A stretch of 55,853 nt of DNA. It comes from Candidatus Aphodosoma intestinipullorum. GTDB taxonomy: Bacteria > Bacteroidota > Bacteroidia > Bacteroidales > Paludibacteraceae. Every line of letters begins with the position of its first letter. The first letter of the stretch is position 1. The notes beneath the pieces were generated by a model. That model did no database searches. It had not been told where the DNA came from and was given only the letters and a program-made list of their open reading frames with translations. A program made the position numbers and the translations under genes. The DNA is taken from NCBI GenBank assembly GCA_017694515.1, contig JADIMV010000083.1:1-55853 (forward strand), given 5' to 3'. Of the stretch, positions 29,949-38,200 are shown one piece after another.

Positions 29949-31100
29949 TCATTGCTGTTCTCTTACAGATTCTATTATTTCAGTGTCAAGGCTTATCGTT
30001 GTACCTGCGTTTCTGTTTAAGAACAAGTTTACCAATTCTGTATTTATATAGTAATTGGTTTTCCATATTTTCACTTTTTCTATAAGTCCGCACCTGACAA
30101 TCATGTCTAAATATTTTGTGGCGGTTTTCCTCTGTACCTGCATATCCCGTTCCACAAACTCTATCTTTGTGTATGGATGGAAGAACAGGTTGTTTAGGAG
30201 TTCGTGTTTGTATTGCTTTCCGAATAGAGGTCGCAGAATCTGTTTATAGCGTGTCATCAGGCTGTTTATACCTTTCACCAACATTATAGTGTCATCAGCA
30301 GTTATCTCCACTCCTTTGAGCATGAACAGTATCCATTCTTCCCACGCTTTTCCTCTGTCTTCTTTTGAGTCTCTGATTGCTTGTATCAGCCGGTAGTATG
30401 TACCTTTATTATGCGTTATATATCGGCTCAAATATAGTATTGGCAAATCAAGTAAATTGTTGATTACCAGATATAAAATAGAAATAATTCTGCCAGTTCT
30501 GCCATTCCCGTCATAAAAGGGGTGTATACTTTCGAACTGGTGGTGGATGACTGCCATTTTGATTAGCGGGTCAATGTCTTGCGTTGATTCGTCATTTATG
30601 TATTGTTCAAGGTTGTGCATCAGGCGTTCGACCTCTATGCTGTCCTGAGGCGGGATGTAAACCGTTTCTCCCGCTCTGTTTTTCAAGGTAGTGCCTGGTA
30701 CGGTACGAAACCCTGCGCTGTTGCCTTCCAGTTCTTTTTGTATGGTCTTTATGTCATTCAAGGTCAATAGCTTTGTTTTTCTCGCAGATGAAAATCCTAT
30801 GCGCATGGCTTGCCTGTAGTTCAACACTTCTTTCGTTGATGCGTTGATGAAACTTTCTTTAAAGTCAAGCTCTGCTTTGTATAGCTCATCATTGGTGGTG
30901 ACGATATTTTCAATCTCTGAGCTGTCTTTGGCCTCCTGCAATGTGAGGCTGTTTATCAATATGTCTTCATTCGGGATAGTCAGTGCGACTCCTTTAAGCT
31001 CTGCGAGTTTTTTGTTCGCGAGGTTCAGCTGTTTCAGTACGGCTTTTGTTTCAAAGTCGTATGGCAATGGTAAGAGTGGAATGTCATATTGGGTTGGCAT
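29949..31100 (-). CDS. Fic family protein (probable AMPylase with intramolecular inhibitory helix)
   Basis: Fic motif HPFYDGNGRTGR. N-terminal [ST]xxxE[GN] inhibitory motif in DSSEIENI. Likely C-terminal winged-helix region. The gene is strongly AT-rich relative to its neighbours. Confidence 0.9.
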   Translation of the reverse strand: MPTQYDIPLLPLPYDFETKAVLKQLNLANKKLAELKGVALTIPNEDILINSLTLQEAKDSSEIENIVTTNDELYKAELDFKESFINASTKEVLNYRQAMRIGFSSARKTKLLTLNDIKTIQKELEGNSAGFRTVPGTTLKNRAGETVYIPPQDSIEVERLMHNLEQYINDESTQDIDPLIKMAVIHHQFESIHPFYDGNGRTGRIISILYLVINNLLDLPILYLSRYITHNKGTYYRLIQAIRDSKEDRGKAWEEWILFMLKGVEITADDTIMLVKGINSLMTRYKQILRPLFGKQYKHELLNNLFFHPYTKIEFVERDMQVQRKTATKYLDMIVRCGLIEKVKIWKTNYYINTELVNLFLNRNAGTTISLDTEIIESVREQQ

Positions 31101-31189
31101 ATACGGCGGTTTTATCGTTCGGTCAATGGCTATTTTCAGATTACGAAGTTAGTGAAAAATGTTGATAGTCGGTGCGATGGAGGCTTTTT

Positions 31190-31837
31190 TTATCTGTCTT
31201 GTGTGCGGTAGCAGTCGCGCCAGAAGCGGAGTTCGAGCGCGGTGGAGTGAAGGAAATAGGATGTCATGCGGTGCAATGTACTGTCTGTCTGTATGGCGGC
31301 GCAGCTGTCGCATAGGGTGCGGAACTGTTCCGCGTCGGTCTGGAACGATGGGTCACCATATGTGGCTATCCAGTCGACGTATGGATTATCGGCTGCGGTA
31401 TGCTGTCTGAAAATGAGCAACCCTATGTGTGCATATACCCAATAGCATGGAAGTAGCGAGGCAAATGTATAGGCGGCGCACTCCTCCTTTTCAAGTCGGG
31501 TAAGCATCCGGTCGTATGCCATATTGGCGGGACATTTGCGTGTCTCCGGCTCTATGTCGAAACGGTCGGCGAGCAAGGAGTGCAGAGAGTTTTCGGCGGC
31601 AAGGGTATCGTCAATATTGGCCGCAAGTATGTCGGCTGCGGGTGTGCCGTGCATTTGGTGGTGGAGCAGACGTAGGCGCGCCTCGAAGTTGCGCATATAA
31701 ATAATGTCCTGCGCGATGTAGGCGCGGAAACAGTCGGAAGAGAGCGTGCCGTAGGACAACTTGCGGACGAAGCGGCATCGTTCTATACTACTGATAATAT
31801 GCTGTGCGGACTGCCAGGCCGTTTCACTCCATCTCAT
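31190..31837 (-). CDS. tenA: TenA-family thiaminase II / aminopyrimidine aminohydrolase
   Basis: MRWSETAWQSAQHIISSI...FRAYIAQDIIYMRNF...LPCYWVYAHIG is TenA/PqqC-like. The ATG at 31837 overlaps the thiE stop (ATGA). The longer 31190..32026 ORF extension overlaps thiE and is rejected. Confidence 0.8.
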   Translation of the reverse strand: MRWSETAWQSAQHIISSIERCRFVRKLSYGTLSSDCFRAYIAQDIIYMRNFEARLRLLHHQMHGTPAADILAANIDDTLAAENSLHSLLADRFDIEPETRKCPANMAYDRMLTRLEKEECAAYTFASLLPCYWVYAHIGLLIFRQHTAADNPYVDWIATYGDPSFQTDAEQFRTLCDSCAAIQTDSTLHRMTSYFLHSTALELRFWRDCYRTQDR

Positions 31838-32439
31838 AGTTGTTTTGCTTTTTGGCGCAGGGTGCGCAGACGGCATTTCAGTATCTCGCGGCTCTTTGCC
31901 TCCCACAGATAGCCGAGCATACACGCCCCGCCGAACCCCCATGACCAGAGTATGCTGATATTCTCCGCATTGATGCCCCCGAGTGCCATTGTCTTGGAAT
32001 TGATGATGCCGCAGTGCTGTGCGCATGTCAGTTCAGCATCAGTGAAATGCGATATGTAACCGCTTTTCGATATGCTGTTGAATATGGGACTGAGCGTACA
32101 GTAATCCATTTGTGGGCTGCGTTCCTGAAGCTCCTGTATGGAGTGGCACGAACAGCTTATCGGGCCTTTGTAGCCTTCTGGCGCGTGGAGTGCACGGCTG
32201 TTGAGGTGCACTCCGTGTAGGCTGAACTCCTCTGTCAGACGGAAATGCGAGTGGAGTACAAGTCGGTTATGCCATCTCTCGTCTATCGAGGCTATGAGTG
32301 AACGCATACGCTCCTCGTCCCATGCTGGTTTGCGTATGTGTATGAGGTCTATGCCATCGGTGAGCATCAGTGCTATGAGTCCCGGTTCATCGGGGTAGTC
32401 GCTCTCGGTAGTGATTGCAATAAGCCGCTTAGCCTCCAT
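31834..32439 (-). CDS. thiE: Thiamine-phosphate synthase
   Basis: 201 aa, TMP-TENI family look (LIHIRKP, GVHLNS, YCTLSPIF...SK, ALGGI). It overlaps thiS by 11 nt. Confidence 0.85.
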   Translation of the reverse strand: MEAKRLIAITTESDYPDEPGLIALMLTDGIDLIHIRKPAWDEERMRSLIASIDERWHNRLVLHSHFRLTEEFSLHGVHLNSRALHAPEGYKGPISCSCHSIQELQERSPQMDYCTLSPIFNSISKSGYISHFTDAELTCAQHCGIINSKTMALGGINAENISILWSWGFGGACMLGYLWEAKSREILKCRLRTLRQKAKQL

Positions 32440-32629
32440 AGGCAGCAGTTATTATGGTCACATTGTCGCCGTCCGACAAACGGTGTTCTCCCCACGATGT
32501 GCGCGGCACTACGCGGTTGTTCACGGCTACGGCCTTACCCTTGCCGTCGGTCCCGATGGTGGGCAGCAGTTCCCCTACTGTGAGGGCTGATGCGAATGTA
32601 TATTCTCTGCCGTTAATGGTTATTTTCAT
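32429..32629 (-). CDS. thiS: Sulfur carrier protein ThiS
   Basis: 66 aa with a ubiquitin-like profile (MKITINGREY...) and a C-terminal Gly-Gly (..TAAYGG*). Confidence 0.85.
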   Translation of the reverse strand: MKITINGREYTFASALTVGELLPTIGTDGKGKAVAVNNRVVPRTSWGEHRLSDGDNVTIITAAYGG

Positions 32630-32634
32630 ATATG

Positions 32635-33531
32635 TTATAGCCTTAATTTAAGTCCTGCAAATATGGTGTCCGGATGGAAATTGAACACGGCGTTCATCTC
32701 TCCTGCCATGCACAGTCCGCAGTCGTCGCAGATGCCGAGACGCTCCCCGGCGCAATTGGCGCGGGTGTGGTCGGCATAGACGAAGTTCGTAACCCAGCAA
32801 TGGCGTTTGAAATCGTTGTGCCTCATCAGTTTCAGCCCTGACACGGAGTTCATTATTGGGTAGCCCTCACGCTTCATCCGTATTACAAGGTCTATCACCC
32901 TTTCGCGCTGCTCACGTGTTATCATGAGGTTCTCCGCATCGGGGAACGGCGTATAGAAATTGATTGATATGCTCTCTATCGCGGGATTTGACTTCACATA
33001 CTTTATGGTCTCCTCCACCGATTCCCAGTTGTATTTGTTCACTACCATATTGACGCTCAAATGCTTGTGTCCGCACTCGGCAATGTTTTTCTCCAGACGG
33101 GCGAATGTGCCTTCGCCGCGTATCATGTCATGGTATTTCCCGTACCCGTCTAAGCTGACCCAGATGCTGTCCGCATGACTCCCGGAGAACGGCAGCTGCG
33201 CGTTGGTTGTGATTGTGACCGAAAAGAAACCGACTTCGCGGGCGAGGTCTATCACGTCGTTGATACGTTTCTCCCCGTCGCGCCACAGCATCACCTCTCC
33301 CCCTTCGAGGTCTACGAACCGCGAGCCGAGCGAGTAGGAATATTCGAGTTCTTTGCGTATCCCCTCGAACGTCATTATGTTGGGGTTGGCGCGTGAATAG
33401 ACCGAACAGTGCTTGCATTTCAGGTTGCATTGGTCTGAAATGAAGAGCACCGTCTGGAGCGGGCGTTTTCTGCCAAGCACACGTGCGCCGAAAAACCACC
33501 ATCCGAGGTAGGACATCTGTTTGAGTTTCAT
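32635..33531 (-). CDS. Radical SAM protein with C-terminal Cys cluster (SPASM-like), function unknown
   Basis: CNLKCKHC (CxxxCxxC) at residues ~35-42. C-terminal Cys run CWVTNF...NCAGERLGICDDCGLC. Stop lies 5 nt upstream of the thiS start. Its ATG overlaps the stop of the UbiA gene. Confidence 0.85.
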   Translation of the reverse strand: MKLKQMSYLGWWFFGARVLGRKRPLQTVLFISDQCNLKCKHCSVYSRANPNIMTFEGIRKELEYSYSLGSRFVDLEGGEVMLWRDGEKRINDVIDLAREVGFFSVTITTNAQLPFSGSHADSIWVSLDGYGKYHDMIRGEGTFARLEKNIAECGHKHLSVNMVVNKYNWESVEETIKYVKSNPAIESISINFYTPFPDAENLMITREQRERVIDLVIRMKREGYPIMNSVSGLKLMRHNDFKRHCWVTNFVYADHTRANCAGERLGICDDCGLCMAGEMNAVFNFHPDTIFAGLKLRL

Positions 33532-34538
33532 AATAGCGTATGGGTTATTTTCAAAATGATATTGACAATCAGCAATATGAGTGCAAAGAAAGAGATGAGG
33601 TTACGCGCCGTCAGCCAGCGGAGCATAAACCAACCGATGCCGGCCTCGCAATATTTGTCGAATTTGCCCATCGGTCCCATCCATGGCCTGACTGTGAGCG
33701 GCACGGGTATATCGTACAGGAACTTACGTATCGAATCCCAAAGGAATATGGCCATAGGCAGCAGTATCAGGGTAAACAGATACGCCCAATGGAGTATCCC
33801 GAAGACAACGCCAGCCGCCATAAGAATGAAAGGCACGAAGCAGAAGACAGCCGACGCGCCGAGCATGGCGTTGCGCTTTTTCAGCAGACGGGCCAGCGTC
33901 AGCTTGTCCATCTGCGCATCTGCGTGGCGGTCAAGCACAGAGTGTGTATATAGTATGTTCGTGACCAGCAGGCCTATGGCCACGCTCACAAGTATGATTT
34001 TCTCGTCCATCACGCCGCACGCGGCATATTGCACTCCTGTCATCAGCAGCGGGCCGAACATCATTCCTATGACAAGTTCCCCATAGCCGTGATAGCTGAG
34101 GCGGAACGGCCAGCCCGAGTACGATATGCCCAATATACAGCCCACGATGGCTATGATGAGCGGCGTAGTGCCGCGGAATATCACAACCACCACACCGGCA
34201 GCGGCAGCGGCCGCGAGAAATGCGCAGATGGCCATGGCAAGGTCGCACAGCGTAGCTTCGCCCGATGTGAGGTATGGGTATTTGTGGACACGGGCGCGCA
34301 TCCCCTCCGATGCGAGTGCCTTCCGTTTTTCTCCACTGCCTACCTTGTAGTCGAAATAATCGTCGGCGAGGTTCATGCCGAGGTGTGCGCACGCCACACC
34401 GAAAAGCGCGATGAGGGCGAGCCACCATGAGAATGTGTCGTACTGCATCGCCATGCCTGTCGCAAGAACGGCTGGCAATATGCTCTGCGGCAGCGATATG
34501 TGCCGCGCGTTGTGTAGCCAGAATGATATTTTGTTCAT
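33528..34538 (-). CDS. UbiA-superfamily (MenA-like) prenyltransferase
   Basis: Polytopic membrane protein with Asp-rich motif NLADDYFDY. ATG 34538 (MNKISFWLHNARH...) is preferred because a -7 box sits 30 nt upstream. The ORF extension to 34712 is rejected. Confidence 0.85.
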   Translation of the reverse strand: MNKISFWLHNARHISLPQSILPAVLATGMAMQYDTFSWWLALIALFGVACAHLGMNLADDYFDYKVGSGEKRKALASEGMRARVHKYPYLTSGEATLCDLAMAICAFLAAAAAAGVVVVIFRGTTPLIIAIVGCILGISYSGWPFRLSYHGYGELVIGMMFGPLLMTGVQYAACGVMDEKIILVSVAIGLLVTNILYTHSVLDRHADAQMDKLTLARLLKKRNAMLGASAVFCFVPFILMAAGVVFGILHWAYLFTLILLPMAIFLWDSIRKFLYDIPVPLTVRPWMGPMGKFDKYCEAGIGWFMLRWLTARNLISFFALILLIVNIILKITHTLL

Positions 34539-34567
34539 GGGCTGTCTTGGCTGAAAATGACCATTTG

Positions 34568-34575
34568 CAAAGATA
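34568..34575 (-). promoter_or_regulatory. -7 box (TATCTTTG on the minus strand) for the UbiA-rSAM-thiS-thiE-tenA transcription unit
   Basis: Exact TAnnTTTG match 30 nt upstream of the ATG at 34538. A second identical box lies at 34741..34748. Confidence 0.5.
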
Positions 34576-34600
34576 GTGAAAGGTAAGCGCAATGCCAACG

Positions 34601-34686
34601 GCAAAACGTCAGTTTTGCATACAATATGTGCCGGAGTGTCAAGACCAGTGCTTTCACAGAGGCTTGACGCTCCGGCGCATATTGTA
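34601..34686 (+). other. Two adjacent long hairpins (7-bp and 24-bp stems)
   Basis: GCAAAAC-gtca-GTTTTGC at 34601..34618. Then tacaatatgTgccggagTgtcaag (34620..34643) pairs with cttgacGctccggcGcatattgta (34663..34686) across a 19-nt loop. The two non-Watson-Crick positions are G-U only in the plus-strand RNA. Confidence 0.7.
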
Positions 34687-34811
34687 CAAGACTTCAGTCG
34701 TGTCGTCGGCATTGCCGCACCGCCTCCTATCTTCGTGAAACAAAGATAGCGAAAGTCGGAGACAATGGCAAATGCCCGTTTCCCCGCTTTGCTTATGGCA
34801 GTTCCACACTA

Positions 34812-34900
34812 TAAATTAAAGTTAAAAACACGTACTCTCGCCGAAGCTCCTCCGAAGGCTCCCCGAAGCGTCTGCCTATCCTCTCGCCATTCTCCTGCCA
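34812..34900 (+). repeat. Dispersed intergenic element, copy C
   Basis: Core GTTAAAAACACGTACTCTCG at 34821..34840. Heptads CCGAAGC / CCGAAGG / CCGAAGC at 34841, 34852 and 34863 (11-nt phase). It aligns with copy B for ~90 nt. Confidence 0.85.
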
Positions 34901-35204
34901 ATTTAAACTCAAATCTGCCAAATAGTTAAACGTGAGTTGGGGGTTAATGTCCCAAAAGCGGGAAACAGGCCGCAGACCAAGGAGAGGATGGAGGAACGGT
35001 AGTCGAAGGTCTGGTTACATACGGTAAATCGCTCGGACAGTCAGTCGAAGATATAGCGTTAGATTGTATGCTGGCAGGGGATGCGCTGTAGTATAGAATA
35101 TAGGAGAGCGGTAGATAAGAGCCCTTGTCTGGAGAGACATAGCGTTTGGCCTTTGCCGACAAGCTGTAGACCGGATACAGAAGTGCCGTATGGGACAAAC
35201 CAAT

Positions 35205-35288
35205 GCAAAAAACGATGGCGGACAATGTGATTGCCCGCCATCTCCATCATCATTAACAAACTTGGGACTGTACGTGCGTACAGTCTCC
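35205..35288 (-). terminator. Two tandem terminator hairpins downstream of the right G gene
   Basis: Both read on the minus strand. ggagactgtac-gcac-gtacagtccc lies at 35264..35288. gatggcgg...ccgccatc followed by GTTTTTTGC lies at 35205..35242. Confidence 0.65.
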
Positions 35289-35295
35289 TCTATAA

Positions 35296-38200
35296 TTATC
35301 TCACGATAATTTTCCCTTGATACATATCGCCGAGCCCGTCAATGACGCGTACCATATACACGCCTGCGGTGTGGAGACCGTTGATGACTATCGGTTCCGT
35401 CTCAGGAGACAGGCTTTGCACGAGTGCACCCGTGCTGTTGAACACCTGTACAGTAAGCCCAGCAAGACGCTGAGGGGTCAAGTCTATGTGAACTCTGACC
35501 GTTTCGTGTATGCGTACAGGGTTAGGCGTGAGTGCCAGTTCCTTGATTTCACGTGCCGGAACTATGCCTGTCTCGTCCTCCACTTCGAGTGTGAGGTGTA
35601 CATTCATCGAACATGACCCGCTGACCGATGTCACTTTCACGTCACGTTCGTATGTACCGGGTTTGGTGTCAGTACCGAATGTCTCGCCGTAAAATTCATA
35701 CGGCAGTTGGTCGAGTGTAATTCTGCGTGTCACATCGCGGCTGGTCTCCCCGTCACGTATCACGATCAGGTTGAGCGTCACGAGCGAGTCGCAGCCGAAC
35801 TGTGTGCGGTTCGGTGTGGTCAGGGTACCTTCCTGCGTGATGTCGATGAAGCCGTTAGCGTTGTATATCTCGCCGTCGCAGATTGCATCTTCAACAACAA
35901 CATCGTGGACAGGTGTGTAGACCACAGTGTGTGTCACAATAGAGTCGCATCGGCCTTCTTCCTTGATAGTCTCTTCTTTTACAAACTCTTGCATTGATCC
36001 GTCGGACAGATATTCCTCCCCGTCGATTACAAGTGAAGTGCCAGTGCAAAGATAGTGAATTTCTTCGCCATACAAAGCATCGACCATTGAAAGGTGCATT
36101 ACGACTATGGAGTCGCAACGGTTGCCGCCAATGACTATTGTGTCCGTATAGTCTCCGGGCTTGTCGCACATGATGCCGTTCCATACGATGGGCGATCCTT
36201 CGCAGAATGTCGAGTCGAACTCAAAGCGCGCCAGTGGCTTGACCGTCAAGTCGAGGTGCACTATGGAGTCGCAGTGGTTAGAGCCGTTGCATTTCAGGGT
36301 GTGCCGTCCGGCTGCCGTCACGTTTATGAAGCCGTTTTCGTTGTAAACGTCTCCCTCGCACATCTCCGCCTCAATGGTCTTCTCCGATACGGGGCTGACC
36401 GTGAATTGCACCGTGAATGTGGAGTCTTTAGCCGTTCCTTGAGACACTACTGTACGGGAGAATGTGTTCAGCCCATCCTCGTCTATCTCGCTTACCGGTA
36501 TATTGAAACCGTGCAGCTGATAGTCGTATGTGGCGCAGTGCTTCTCTTCAGGATAGACAGTGTTAACCACAGAGTTGATGTTCACATTGTCTATATGCAG
36601 GTTAAGGTCCTCAAGTGCCGTGCGCTGAGTCTCCGTGTAGAATGCCACTTTTATGGTCTTGCCGGCATATTCGGACAGGTCTATGGACACTTCCTGATAT
36701 GTGGACGGTATGGAATAGAAATCGTTATTGGCACGTTCGTTGTTCCATATCGTGGCGTTCTCCTCTTTCCATGTCTGTCCGGCATCATCCGAGACTATGA
36801 CCATGAACTGATAGCCGTCGCGCTTGGTCAGTTGCGGAGCATCGTATGACTCGTCGCGTGTGAGCATCATGTCGAACGACAGATGAGCTTCAAGCCCGTT
36901 TTCGAGATATACTGCTGGGGTAAAGAACCATAATGAGGCGTCCGATGACGATGTGGCGTGCATACGTGCGACATTATGGGCAGAGCTATAATTGTCTATC
37001 GCCCTATGACTCCAGACAGTAGTATTTGTTATATCCGTGAAACTGCCGAACTGTGCTGTACCGGCAAAGAGGTCTTTGACTAGTATGGAAGTCGCTCGCT
37101 GCCATCCTTCTGGACATGTCACATTTGCCGTGAACGGCTCATTGAACCTCACGGATCTTGCCGTGGTGAATGTGCGCATGATGGAGAGATCCGAGACCTC
37201 ATTGTCAGAACATAGTTGCCTTACGGCGTAGTAATATTCTGTGGCAGGAGCGAGACCCTCAATCAGCACTGTATCGGCTTCCGATGTGGCTGTCTGGTAT
37301 TTGCCCGATATCATATCATCGTAGGAGGTCGCATAGCGCACTTCGACTGTCGCTCCGTTTGTATGGTTGCACGATATGGTAGCCGTTTTGTCTGTATATC
37401 GTTTGACTGTCATGCCGTCCGGAGTAGCACACGTGTTCAGCGGTTCGATTATGATGTCATCTATGTACATGTTGTTGCGCGTGGAACTTTCCTGTACATC
37501 ACTGAATACTATATACTTCCCGTCACAACCCTTAAGTGGGATTGAGAATTTGACCCAATACTTGTTCCCGGTCATGTCATCATTGACATTTCTGTTGCGG
37601 TAAAGTTCGTCCGTAGAATATGGGTAGATGCATTCTCTTAGTGTGACGAATGTTTCCGGGTTTCCTACTGCCGTCATGGTACCGACGCGTACAGATGCTG
37701 TTTTACCGCCTTGATATTCATTGTTGTTGACGTACACCTTTTCTCCGTCAACAGTTTGGGCATAAGCGTATATGGGGCGCATCCAGAATGTCAGTTGCCA
37801 GTCATCCAGATTGCCGTCCACTTTCGGCAGTGCCAGATAATTGCCGGTTTGGTATGATTCGAAATGGAGTGCACGGTCGCCTGTGTGGGAGTATTGTACC
37901 GTAGGCCCGTTTTCGACTATTTCAAATGTCTCCATACCGTAGTTTGAGAAACATTCACCGATATACCAACCTTCTGGCACTGTCTCTTCGAAGCTGTACA
38001 ATGTGTTTGGTGCGACAGGTTTACATGGTGTTTCGAACTGTACGCGGTTGCTCCACAGACTGTACTTTTCGCCTCCGTCGCACACGTTGCGGACGAATGC
38101 ATAGTATGTTTTCTGTTCCTCAAGACCGTTTATTGTCGCTGTTAACCCGTCAGCATATCCTCCCTTGTTTAGGTTCTCTGCTATGTGTCCTGTCGGGTCT

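Noticed and set aside
31838-32026. N-terminal extension of the tenA ORF (278-aa version starting at 32026).
   Set aside because: The extension overlaps thiE out of frame. The internal ATG at 31837 gives a typical TenA N-terminus (MRWSETAW...) and an ATGA stop/start overlap with thiE.
34539-34800. Expected TPP (THI-box) riboswitch upstream of the thiamine unit; 29687..29948 upstream of thiD was also checked.
   Set aside because: I looked on the minus strand for the conserved CUGAGA and ACCUGAUCUGGAUAAUGCCAGCG-like elements and found neither. The proximal -7 box sits only 30 nt from the ATG. A CTGAGA at ~29818 is on the wrong strand and lacks the rest of the motif. A covariance-model scan is still needed.
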